A stretch of 64,000 nt of DNA from a virus (taxonomy: Duplodnaviria; Caudoviricetes): IMG/VR virus record IMGVR_UViG_3300025849_003344; one strand, 5' to 3'. Below are positions 1-8,303 of this stretch, piece by piece. The position numbers and the translations under genes are program-made. Numbering within the stretch: the first letter of the stretch is position 1; every line of letters starts with the position of its first letter. The notes under the pieces are model-generated. The model had not been told where the DNA came from and did not search any database. It worked only from the letters and a program-made list of their open reading frames with translations.

Positions 1-487
1 TAAGCATAGCATGATAATACTGTGTCAATACATAAATGATAAGAGACTTACCAGAACCAGTAGGGCTTAACAACACACAGCGATTAATATCTAAAGCCTT
101 TGCTATAGCATCAAATTGATAGTCACGAACTTCAATAGCCTGTCCGTTATTTTGCAGGTTAAGAGACTTTATAAATTCGTTAAGATCTTTTGGTTTAATT
201 TTATCAGTATCTAGTAAAGATCCAAATTCATTTGATTCGGTTTCTATGGTGTAGTTATTACGCTTACAAAATTCAACAACAAACGGATATAGGCCAGCCG
301 GTAACTCACGTGTCTGTAGATTAAAGAGGCGGATTTTACCATCCCACACTTTAATTTTATACATCTTCATATATTTGTAACCAGGAACAAAAAATGAAAA
401 GTATTCACTTAGTTCGTGGGCAATTCCATCATCACATTTAACAAGAGCTATACTTTCGTTCTTCTTCCATAATGTAATATTAGCCAC
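1..487 (-). CDS. uvsW: UvsW SF2 DNA helicase, N-terminal part (runs off the window edge)
   Basis: Not in the ORF track. Manual translation from GTG at 487 gives MANITLWKKNES...FFVPGYKYMKMYKIKVWDGKIRLFN...RDYQFDAIAKAL...LLSPTGSGKSLIIY (Walker A). It follows uvsY, as in T4-like phages. Confidence 0.9.
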   Translation of the reverse strand, partial: MANITLWKKNESIALVKCDDGIAHELSEYFSFFVPGYKYMKMYKIKVWDGKIRLFNLQTRELPAGLYPFVVEFCKRNNYTIETESNEFGSLLDTDKIKPKDLNEFIKSLNLQNNGQAIEVRDYQFDAIAKALDINRCVLLSPTGSGKSLIIYVLTQYYHAML

Positions 488-701
488 TCACAAATTTCCC
501 TTTTGGCCTGTACCAATTTTTCTGATTGTGTATTCTTCCCATTAGATCATTTATTTCAATCATCTCAGACTTAAGTTTGTCACTAGTTTCACCTTGAGCA
601 ATTGCTAAGCCTCTACGTCCGGCCTTTGATCTCAGTGCACTTTCAATGATTTCGATGTCTCTCACATCCAACTCGAATAGTAAATTAGGTTTAATCGCCA
701 C
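480..701 (-). CDS. Hypothetical protein (73 aa) between uvsY and uvsW
   Basis: ORF overlaps both neighbours and is co-oriented with them. No family recognised. Confidence 0.7.
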   Translation of the reverse strand: MAIKPNLLFELDVRDIEIIESALRSKAGRRGLAIAQGETSDKLKSEMIEINDLMGRIHNQKNWYRPKGKFVSG

Positions 702-1134
702 TTTGAAATACTCTCCACTTAATCATATTACCTATAGTCTGATGTCTCCATTTGACATTATCTATAACCTCCTTCAGAGTATCCATTATGGTCTTCAGAT
801 ATTCTATAGCCTCAACCGTTTGTTGTATCTCAGGATCAGCATCATAATAATAGTCCATTTCACCTTTAAGAATTTTAAGCCCATTAAATGGATCAGGTTC
901 CCAACCTTTTTCAATAATTTCGGAGTGATCCATTTTCCCGTTGTAATATAGCCACTTCTCTTTTAATAAGATCTTTTGCTTTTGCTCAGCTTTTTTTAGG
1001 CGAAGTCTAGTCAGCGAATGCAGCTCAAGGTATTTTGCATGTAAAATGGGGGATTGCCTAGATGCTTCATCTAAGCTGGTCTCTTCAATTATAGAGTCGA
1101 CAGACCACATTTCGAGTATAGTTTTTAAATCCAT
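691..1134 (-). CDS. uvsY: UvsY recombination mediator
   Basis: LDEASRQSPILHAKYLE...KEKWLYYNGK and YYDADPEI motifs; typical size and position. Confidence 0.85.
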   Translation of the reverse strand: MDLKTILEMWSVDSIIEETSLDEASRQSPILHAKYLELHSLTRLRLKKAEQKQKILLKEKWLYYNGKMDHSEIIEKGWEPDPFNGLKILKGEMDYYYDADPEIQQTVEAIEYLKTIMDTLKEVIDNVKWRHQTIGNMIKWRVFQSGD

Positions 1135-1151
1135 AATATAACCTTAAAAGT

Positions 1152-1691
1152 TTAAAGTAAGTCAAAGTAAGTGAACCTAAACGAAATTGGGAATGTAATG
1201 TATTGAACATCACCTGTTCCAGCTTCAAAGTTGATATCACCTAGTAGAGTAGGTATTGCATCTCTATATATTAGCTTCTTCGCAACGTTATTTGCGCTTG
1301 TTAATATAGACACCGTAATGTCTGCTACAGATGGGCCTAAGTTACTATTGCCATCAGAAGCTTTTACATCTGGTCTATCAACAAAGCTATTAATCCAGTT
1401 GTACATTTCTGTGTATGCACTTAAGTTTTCGTCAAGCACGATCATAGCAGAGGCTTCACCAAATACCATTGTTCCACCTGTAAATGGAACAGAACCAATA
1501 CGTCTGTATGGAACCTCAACAGTATTTATAGAAGCACCAGGATGTTGAACTGACTGTGCAAAGTACTCTAGGTTTGGCATATATTTACGATTAATTGATA
1601 ACTTAAAACCTGTCGGCTGCAAGAAATTTGTATTAGTTGAAAGTGTGGATTCAAGTAATCCGGTAGAGATAGTAGCAGATTCGTTAGCCAT
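1152..1691 (-). CDS. gp3: Tail completion / tube terminator protein gp3
   Basis: NFLQPTGFKLSI...NLEYFAQSV.HPG...F.ITFRFTYF pattern. Start moved to ATG 1691, downstream of the late promoter at 1715-1722. Confidence 0.8.
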   Translation of the reverse strand: MANESATISTGLLESTLSTNTNFLQPTGFKLSINRKYMPNLEYFAQSVQHPGASINTVEVPYRRIGSVPFTGGTMVFGEASAMIVLDENLSAYTEMYNWINSFVDRPDVKASDGNSNLGPSVADITVSILTSANNVAKKLIYRDAIPTLLGDINFEAGTGDVQYITFPISFRFTYFDLL

Positions 1692-1714
1692 AGTTGTGTC
1701 CTCTAATATATGTC

Positions 1715-1722
1715 TATTTATA
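1715..1722 (-). promoter_or_regulatory. T4-type late promoter TATAAATA (gp3/uvsY/uvsW unit)
   Basis: Exact TATAAATA on the minus strand, 23 nt upstream of the gp3 ATG. Confidence 0.8.
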
Positions 1723-1744
1723 TTAAAAAAAGCGCAAATAAGTG

Positions 1745-1773
1745 TGTACAAGACTTATGAGATGTATTATTCT
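1745..1773 (+). promoter_or_regulatory. Sigma70-like early promoter (TGTACA-N17-TATTCT)
   Basis: Near-identical copy at 21002-21030; A-tract upstream; GGAG ribosome-binding site before ATG 1805. Confidence 0.7.
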
Positions 1774-1804
1774 GGTTACAGAAACACTAACATGGAGATA
1801 CACT

Positions 1805-2188
1805 ATGACAAAGTTCAACAGAAAAGACTTTAACTACCACGGCGGATACCTAATGTATACAGCCGATTACGAAGGTCGTCCTGTGTACGAAGCTGGCAAA
1901 AACGTACATCCAACAAACGTCGGCAAAGGTAAAGATCTTTTTATTGCTCGCTTTAAATATAGTGGTCCTTTCACAAAGGCAAAATTCCTTACACAGCTTA
2001 TCAATAACTTCACAGTTGAAGAGTATGTAGCAGAGAGAGCAAAAGATGGTCTTGACAGCTCACCACTACAAATTCTTAAGAACAATAATGAAGATTGGTA
2101 TTACAAAGTAATGTTTGATTTTAAAGAGAAGCAGGCTCGTAAGAGTGGCTACCACTGTGCATACGACTATGATAGGGAGGCAGCGTAA
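1805..2188 (+). CDS. Hypothetical protein (127 aa), probable early gene
   Basis: GGAG-N7-ATG at 1805, downstream of the early promoter. Confidence 0.8.
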   Translation: MTKFNRKDFNYHGGYLMYTADYEGRPVYEAGKNVHPTNVGKGKDLFIARFKYSGPFTKAKFLTQLINNFTVEEYVAERAKDGLDSSPLQILKNNNEDWYYKVMFDFKEKQARKSGYHCAYDYDREAA

Positions 2189-2301
2189 TGACTGCGTGTT
2201 CATATAAAACTTACAAGGAATATTGTGAAGCTCGCCGAGTGAAGGGGTTGCAAGTAATTCCTGAGAGTCTGTATATTGCTTTGCGTAAATCTAATCAGTA
2301 G
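2188..2301 (+). CDS. Small hypothetical protein (37 aa, MTACSYKTYKEYCEARRVKGLQVIPESLYIALRKSNQ)
   Basis: Below the ORF-track cutoff. TAATG stop/start overlap, strong AGGGAGG ribosome-binding site, and it fills the gap exactly. Confidence 0.65.
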   Translation: MTACSYKTYKEYCEARRVKGLQVIPESLYIALRKSNQ

Positions 2302-2309
2302 GAGGTCTT

Positions 2310-2552
2310 ATGACTTTACCAATTACTCAAGCTCGTATTTATAAAGCACTCGGTAAAAAGCGAGTTGCTATGATACTTGACTATGATTACTCTTGTGGTG
2401 TCTTTGACATTGTGATAAAGGATGGTTGGTTTTATGATGGGGATGGAACAATTATAGTTCTTGAACCATTTGACGATGAAAACTTCTGGGACATTGTCAA
2501 AGTTCTTAAACAAAGATTCGACGAATTTGTATGGACAGGTGTTGGAGCATAA
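2310..2552 (+). CDS. Hypothetical protein (80 aa)
   Basis: GGAGG ribosome-binding site immediately upstream; followed by a terminator. Confidence 0.75.
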   Translation: MTLPITQARIYKALGKKRVAMILDYDYSCGVFDIVIKDGWFYDGDGTIIVLEPFDDENFWDIVKVLKQRFDEFVWTGVGA

Positions 2553-2577
2553 AAAAAGCCCCACCGAAGTGGAGCTT
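2551..2577 (-). terminator. Intrinsic terminator for the gp23 transcript (cUUCGg hairpin)
   Basis: Minus strand reads GCTCCAC-TTCG-GTGGGGC followed by a T7 tract. Confidence 0.85.
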
Positions 2578-2581
2578 AGTT

Positions 2582-2610
2582 GGGAGGGGTTAAATCCCCT
2601 CCCTTTTTTT
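2582..2610 (+). terminator. Intrinsic terminator for the plus-strand early island
   Basis: GGGAGGGG-ttaaat-CCCCTCCC followed by a T7 tract. Confidence 0.85.
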
Positions 2611-2619
2611 ATGAGTAAC

Positions 2620-3948
2620 TTATGTGAGGATGTTGTCTACACGGAAGATACGGTAGTACTGGTTGGTTTTTGCAGTTGCAAGACCGTCAGCAGGAGTCGC
2701 ACCAACGAATGGGTTAGAAGCCATGCCGTAGCGTGTCTTGAAACCAATTTTAGGCTGGAACGTATCTTCACCAACCGCACGAACCATTGTGAGTGGTACG
2801 TATGGACAATAGAAGAGACCTGCATCATATGGGTTTGTACCCTTATAACCAACAGTGATATAGTCAACAGTTGCATACGGATCGATGTATACTTTTGTAC
2901 GACCATTAAGAACACCAGCAAAGGTTGAACCTGTGTCATCAACATTCAAGTTAGTTGACAAAGCAGGAGTATAATCGAGCATGCCGGAAGCAGTCAAAGC
3001 AGAAGCTACGTCTGAAGAACAGATAATAAAGTTACCTTTTCCTCTACGAGTTTCTTTTGCAATTACGTTTGCTTCACGTTCGATTTGTACAACCAGACCT
3101 TTGAACTTCTCAGCAGACCAACGACCATCAGCATCAGAAGACAAGTTAAAGATACCGTTTACAGCTGTGTTAGCTTGCAGTGCACCAGTTTTGGCTTGTG
3201 AGTTGATTGTACGAATTACTTCGCGGTTGATTTCAGCAAGAATCTCAGTTGACAAGATATTTGCCAATTCAGTTTCTGCGTCAAGACCATGAATCGCTTT
3301 CAAGTCTTGTGCAAGCTCTAAGCTGTATTCAGCTTTCAGTGCACGTGACTTGGCGGTCACAGTTGCTTTTTCAATGGTGAAACCCATTTCAGCAAACGCA
3401 GCATTGTTTGCAGAACCAAGAGCTTCAGCAGAGTCAGTACCCATTGGATTGCCAGAAAGAGCAGTTGTACGCTCATCGTCAATACCGTTTGCGGCACCAG
3501 CAGAATCGTTAAGGCCAGAACCATCAGCAGGTTGTGTGAAACCGTTAGCGGCTTGTGAACCAGAGAATTCTGTGTTAGCTTCGTTGAAGAGAGCTTCGGT
3601 TGAACCAGTTGCACCAGCACCGTAACGGGCTTTCATCGCAAAGATGAGGCCAGTTGGACCGGACATTGGCTGAACGCCAGCAACATCATAGGCCATCAGG
3701 TTTGGCATGGAACGACGTACCAAGCTAATCAGTACTGGATCCCATGTACCAATTGAGCTAGTTGCGTTACCAGGTGCAGCTTCTGTTAGGAAACCGTTTT
3801 GCGCAGCGCGATCTTCACGCATAGCAATTTCTTGGTTTTCGAGAACGGCTGCGGTTACAGAACGTTTGTGGTGATTGTCGATGGAACCGGCTGAATTTTC
3901 ATTCAGAACTGGTGCCCATTTTTCGACTAGTTTATCATAAGATTGCAT
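2620..3948 (-). CDS. gp23: Major capsid protein gp23
   Basis: WDPVLISLVRR.MPNL.AYDVAGVQPM.GPTGLIFAM, KSRALKAEYSLELAQDLKAIHGLDAE and FQPKIGFKTRYG motifs. Confidence 0.98.
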   Translation of the reverse strand: MQSYDKLVEKWAPVLNENSAGSIDNHHKRSVTAAVLENQEIAMREDRAAQNGFLTEAAPGNATSSIGTWDPVLISLVRRSMPNLMAYDVAGVQPMSGPTGLIFAMKARYGAGATGSTEALFNEANTEFSGSQAANGFTQPADGSGLNDSAGAANGIDDERTTALSGNPMGTDSAEALGSANNAAFAEMGFTIEKATVTAKSRALKAEYSLELAQDLKAIHGLDAETELANILSTEILAEINREVIRTINSQAKTGALQANTAVNGIFNLSSDADGRWSAEKFKGLVVQIEREANVIAKETRRGKGNFIICSSDVASALTASGMLDYTPALSTNLNVDDTGSTFAGVLNGRTKVYIDPYATVDYITVGYKGTNPYDAGLFYCPYVPLTMVRAVGEDTFQPKIGFKTRYGMASNPFVGATPADGLATAKTNQYYRIFRVDNILT

Positions 3949-3968
3949 TTTTAGGAACTCCTAGGTAT

Positions 3969-5009
3969 TTATGTTTTAGACGATTGTCTAATAGCGGAAA
4001 TATATTGAGACATTACGTCTGATGGTGCTTCAACGAAGTCTCCATCTGCGTCGTCAATTTCTTCATCAATTGAAGACTCAACAATTGTTTTTGTGAAGTA
4101 TGATTCTTTAATAGTCTGGACTTTCGCAGTGAAAGTAGCCACATCTACAAAATCAATATCTTCTACAAGCGATGCAAGTTTCTCAGCTTGAGTAGTTGCA
4201 AGATCAGCAGACGCTTCACTAATTACAGTGGCGCGCTTCATTACTTCCAATTCCTCAGAAACTTCTATTGCTTTTTGAGTAGATTTATTAAGGGCTTCTT
4301 CAAGCTCTTCTACTTCTTGAGCAAGTTCGTCAACCAGGTCGACTTTTGATTCTGGAACTTCGATGTAAGACTCAGTAAACAGATCTTTCAAGCTGTTCAT
4401 GAATTTTTCAGCGATTTCAGTGCGCAGGCCATTTTGTACTGCTAACTGATTTTCTTTCATCCAGTTTTCAACAACATAGTTAAGATAGCTGTCAACTTTT
4501 TCTACGAGTTCGGCTTTAGTGGAAGATACTGCTTCCGTTAGCTCTTCTTCGTAGCTAGCCTCTAAACGAGTTACTTCTTCGGCCAATTTAGATTTAATTG
4601 CGGCTTCGAAAATAACAGCTGTTTTGGCTTTAAACTCTTCGGAAAGAGTAGCTTCAGACTCGACTAATGCATTTAAATCTTCTGAAAAATCAACGTTTGA
4701 TGCTTCGGCAACAAGTGCTTCGTCATCTAGGTCAACATCTTCACCCATAAGTTGTGTTAGCGCACCGGCAAGGTCTTCTTTTTTCATACCAGCCATTTTG
4801 TTGTACGCCGCATTAATCATACCAGCTTTTGTTTTTGGCATTTTTTCTGAATTAGACTTGTCACCCTTACGAGCTTTCGCTTTAGGTCCCTTGTCTTCTG
4901 CAGATTGTACAGATGCAATAGATTGTGCCTCTGCATTTTTTGGATCGTGAGCTTCTTCGATTTCATTCTCGTCGAGCTCAACATCCTGATCTTGGATTTG
5001 GTCAGTCAT
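3969..5009 (-). CDS. gp22: Prohead core scaffold protein gp22
   Basis: Acidic coiled coil with LSEEFKAKTAVIFEAA and VDSYLNYVVENW; lies between gp21 and gp23. Confidence 0.9.
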   Translation of the reverse strand: MTDQIQDQDVELDENEIEEAHDPKNAEAQSIASVQSAEDKGPKAKARKGDKSNSEKMPKTKAGMINAAYNKMAGMKKEDLAGALTQLMGEDVDLDDEALVAEASNVDFSEDLNALVESEATLSEEFKAKTAVIFEAAIKSKLAEEVTRLEASYEEELTEAVSSTKAELVEKVDSYLNYVVENWMKENQLAVQNGLRTEIAEKFMNSLKDLFTESYIEVPESKVDLVDELAQEVEELEEALNKSTQKAIEVSEELEVMKRATVISEASADLATTQAEKLASLVEDIDFVDVATFTAKVQTIKESYFTKTIVESSIDEEIDDADGDFVEAPSDVMSQYISAIRQSSKT

Positions 5010-5024
5010 GTCTTGACTCCTATA

Positions 5025-5684
5025 TTATATTTTACTTTTCATTAACGAGAGGAAATTCTTAAACTCACGAGTCTGAGTCTCATAGAGATCAGCGCGTGGA
5101 GCTTTTTTAATTTCAGTCTCCATTCTTTCAATGTCTTGAGCTTCCAGAATACCGTTATTCCAGATCCAGTCTACACCTTCCATAATCCCATTAACAAAGG
5201 CGTTTGGTGCTGATGGATCTTGTACGATGTCAATCGTATTAAGAAGAAAGTCTTCCTTCACATACATGGCGTTGCCACGTTGCTCAATGCTACCCATACC
5301 ACGAGTCGACACTCCTAGCTGAACACCACCGTCAAGTAGACCTTTAACAATCTTACCCATCGGAGTATCTAGTATTTGTGCCTTACCTACCACATTATTT
5401 TTCTCAAATCTGAGATCTGTAATTAGGTGGGATACTTTATCTAAGTTTACAGTGGGACCATCAGGATGGTTTAACTCGCCAACTGCTCGCTTAGTTTTTA
5501 CTTGATCCGTAACGTATTTGTTTACAGCATTTTCCATAATTGCTCTTGGATAAATGCGTCCATTACGGTTCTTTGATTCTGCTTGTGCAAATACGCCTTC
5601 GATAGCGTAATTCTTGCCTCCGCCTTCTTTGGCTTCAACAATCATTTCGATATCGTGTTCTACGTATTCTGTAATTAACTTCAT
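5025..5684 (-). CDS. gp21: Prohead protease gp21
   Basis: NRNGRIYP, GELNHP, LGVSTRGMGS and DIVQDPSAPNAFV motifs. Confidence 0.95.
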   Translation of the reverse strand: MKLITEYVEHDIEMIVEAKEGGGKNYAIEGVFAQAESKNRNGRIYPRAIMENAVNKYVTDQVKTKRAVGELNHPDGPTVNLDKVSHLITDLRFEKNNVVGKAQILDTPMGKIVKGLLDGGVQLGVSTRGMGSIEQRGNAMYVKEDFLLNTIDIVQDPSAPNAFVNGIMEGVDWIWNNGILEAQDIERMETEIKKAPRADLYETQTREFKNFLSLMKSKI

Positions 5685-5690
5685 AGTGAT

Positions 5691-5921
5691 TTAGTCCAAT
5701 TCTCTTACCATCTGCATAAGCATTTTTTGCGCATGCTGTTTAGTATCATATACGTCTAATTTATCACCATCAATATAAGCAGTAAACTTATCATAATTTT
5801 GTACAATTTCAACTTTATAACCATTTAATCTACGGTTATAAACTGTGCGTCGCTTTTTAACTGCTTCGCTTAAATCATACTTTAACTCTTTATACTTCGT
5901 CTTCATCTGCTTGTTCTTCAT
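5691..5921 (-). CDS. Small basic protein at the gp68 position (start may be 5906)
   Basis: Position between the gp67-like gene and gp21. No sequence motif recognised. Confidence 0.55.
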   Translation of the reverse strand: MKNKQMKTKYKELKYDLSEAVKKRRTVYNRRLNGYKVEIVQNYDKFTAYIDGDKLDVYDTKQHAQKMLMQMVRELD

Positions 5922-6135
5922 TTTCGACAGATACTACTTCTTCAGTGTTATCATCTTCTAGATCTAACTCAAGCTGTTCAGCATCGACACCATTGTATAT
6001 ACTAGCAGATACTTTAATTCGTTCTTGTTCTAGCGCATTGTCCATCCGGTCATTCATGATCTGTGTAAAAGTTTTATTCGCAGAATTAAAATCTTTATCA
6101 AATGATTGTTGAACTAATGTTTCAATAGGGTTCAT
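5890..6135 (-). CDS. Small acidic prohead core protein, gp67-like
   Basis: Acidic tail and position directly after gp20; late promoter at 6158-6165. Confidence 0.6.
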   Translation of the reverse strand: MNPIETLVQQSFDKDFNSANKTFTQIMNDRMDNALEQERIKVSASIYNGVDAEQLELDLEDDNTEEVVSVENEEQADEDEV

Positions 6136-6157
6136 AATATTTCCTCATATTTGGTAT

Positions 6158-6165
6158 TATTTATA
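6158..6165 (-). promoter_or_regulatory. Late promoter TATAAATA
   Basis: Exact motif 22 nt upstream of ATG 6135. Confidence 0.8.
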
Positions 6166-6171
6166 CGTTTT

Positions 6172-7698
6172 CTACGTTCCAGGCTTAACTTCTGGAGTCT
6201 CTTCTTTATTGTCTGCTGGCTCTGGATCAGGTTCTTCGGCTGATTGTTTTGCCATATCTTTAATATCCTCATCACTTAGCATAAGAATCTTTTTCATAAT
6301 ATATTCTTTTGAGAAGTATTCACCAACATATTGAGAAGCCTGATCTAGGGTTGTTAAACGATCTCTTAATAGCTCAGCATCTTTAAGTTCTGTGAAATGG
6401 TTATCACGCGAATAATCGATAAAGATATCGTTTTTCCATGAATCCCAGTCTTCTTCAGTAATAAGACCTTTCATAATTAACTGAGTTTTTAGAATACCAG
6501 TGAATAGATGTGCAAACCTTTTACGTAGTCTATCAATGAATTTCTGAAATTTCAACTCATCTCGTGAGATCTCGGTTGCTCTACCTAAAGAAAATTGACC
6601 TTCTGATTCAAGCCTACCAATAGGAACATTAAGAGACTTATATAATTTCTTTTGAAAATATACGATGTCATCTATTTGTCCGAGGTTTTCGCCACCTGGT
6701 AAAGTTGAGATCTCTGTACCACGACCACCTTCGCGACGTGGCAGCCAAAAATCTTCAAGCATCGACATATGTTTGCGATCATCTTTAACTGCTCCTGTAT
6801 CAGCGTCATAGACCAACTTGTTACGATACCGGGCCATGATGTCTTTCATATATTGTTCGGACTTACCACGAGGCAAGTTACCCACATCAATATAGAATAT
6901 TCTACGCTCAGGCGCTCGTGCAAGCCGATAGATGACGAGTGAGTCTTCCATCATACGAAGTTGATTGATTGGCTTCAAAGCTTTATGCAGATGTGACACA
7001 ATTTTCTTACGGCTAGCATCTAATAGACCAGATGTAACATAGCTAACGGAATCGTTAGATAGTTTAATACCAGACGAGGTACTTCCTGGTTTTTCTTGAT
7101 ACAAGTAATACTCATCAGTCTTTTCGACGATCAATGCACCAGTCTTTGGATCTTTTTTCTTTTTAACTTGTTTAATTTTACGAACTTTAGAGGCATCAAT
7201 AGGACGAATTTCCTGGATGCCAGCTTTAAGGTTCGCTTCGTTAACAACAAGGTGGTGATATAGACGTCCATCTACATACCAACGTTTAAACATATCGTGA
7301 CCAATTTCATTGAAATTTAGCATCGACACGATGTTTTCGAATTCTTCGGTAATACCCTTTTTTATTTGATCAGATACTTCAACCTTGTCTAGTCTAATTT
7401 CAAGTGCCGATTCACCTTCTGACGCTGAAATAGATTCATTAGTAATATCTTCAATTGCAGCATCAACCTCAGGGTGTGCTGATACTCCACGATATTTCAT
7501 TATTAGCTGAGCATTATCTTTAGATTCATCACCATCTAAATTAATGAATTGGCCATAGTGCATACCAGACGCGGTAACATAACCAGCGCCATCGTCATCA
7601 GTAGCAGGAACAATAGAAGGAAGTTTTTTATCTTCTTCTTTTTGTCTCTTCCTACGGATTTCAAATCCAAATATATTTAAGCCTTGTTCTTCAGCCAT
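6172..7698 (-). CDS. gp20: Portal protein gp20
   Basis: KPINQLRMMEDSLVIYRLARAPERRIFYIDVGNLP and EDFWLPRREGGRGTEISTLPGG motifs. Confidence 0.98.
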   Translation of the reverse strand: MAEEQGLNIFGFEIRRKRQKEEDKKLPSIVPATDDDGAGYVTASGMHYGQFINLDGDESKDNAQLIMKYRGVSAHPEVDAAIEDITNESISASEGESALEIRLDKVEVSDQIKKGITEEFENIVSMLNFNEIGHDMFKRWYVDGRLYHHLVVNEANLKAGIQEIRPIDASKVRKIKQVKKKKDPKTGALIVEKTDEYYLYQEKPGSTSSGIKLSNDSVSYVTSGLLDASRKKIVSHLHKALKPINQLRMMEDSLVIYRLARAPERRIFYIDVGNLPRGKSEQYMKDIMARYRNKLVYDADTGAVKDDRKHMSMLEDFWLPRREGGRGTEISTLPGGENLGQIDDIVYFQKKLYKSLNVPIGRLESEGQFSLGRATEISRDELKFQKFIDRLRKRFAHLFTGILKTQLIMKGLITEEDWDSWKNDIFIDYSRDNHFTELKDAELLRDRLTTLDQASQYVGEYFSKEYIMKKILMLSDEDIKDMAKQSAEEPDPEPADNKEETPEVKPGT

Positions 7699-7717
7699 AA
7701 TTCCATCCTATTTTAAA

Positions 7718-7746
7718 AGGTTGGCAACCTTAAAGACTGCCAACCT
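7718..7746 (-). terminator. Hairpin between gp19 and gp20 (weak terminator or 5'-UTR structure)
   Basis: AGGTTGGCA...TGCCAACCT inverted repeat with only a short T tract. Confidence 0.45.
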
Positions 7747-7748
7747 AA

Positions 7749-7756
7749 TATTTATA
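7749..7756 (-). promoter_or_regulatory. Late promoter TATAAATA (gp20)
   Basis: Exact motif in the gp19-gp20 intergenic region. Confidence 0.75.
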
Positions 7757-7762
7757 TCACCA

Positions 7763-8290
7763 TTAAGAAGTGGTGTTAGATGTCCAGTACTGATATGCAA
7801 ACTCTACACTAAACTCTTCGATCGCATCATTGGCATCATATGCCAATTCAATCGGTGAGATCAATGTTGGGAAAGCAGCAACGAAGTTGTATGTTTTCAA
7901 TATACTTTCGTCTTTATCAAGTTGATCAACTTTAAGATCTGCTTGATAATCAGTTGGGTTAACTAGACCAGTATTAGCGCCGTGTGCGTTAATACCGTTC
8001 ATCCAACGTTCCATTGAGTCACGAACCGTGAAGTTCGTGTCATTGATAATTGTTACTGACCATGGTTCAAAGGTACGATCGCCTGCAATTTGCAATTGAC
8101 GTCCTCTAAAAGCCACCGGTACGGCCGGAACCGTTGAACCCGGAAGCTGTCCTGTTCTACACATGAATGATGTTAATTCAACATCACCGCCAGCATAACC
8201 TGGAAAACCAAGTGTAACTTTAAACAGATTGGGGCGAGCGCCACCACCTGCTAGTTTTGCTTTAAAATCGTCTACGCCTAAAATAGCCAT
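7763..8290 (-). CDS. gp19: Tail tube protein gp19
   Basis: GGARPNLF, FRGRQLQIAGDRTFEPW and IEEFSVEFAYQYW motifs. Confidence 0.95.
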   Translation of the reverse strand: MAILGVDDFKAKLAGGGARPNLFKVTLGFPGYAGGDVELTSFMCRTGQLPGSTVPAVPVAFRGRQLQIAGDRTFEPWSVTIINDTNFTVRDSMERWMNGINAHGANTGLVNPTDYQADLKVDQLDKDESILKTYNFVAAFPTLISPIELAYDANDAIEEFSVEFAYQYWTSNTTS

Positions 8291-8303
8291 TTTCTATCTC
8301 CCC

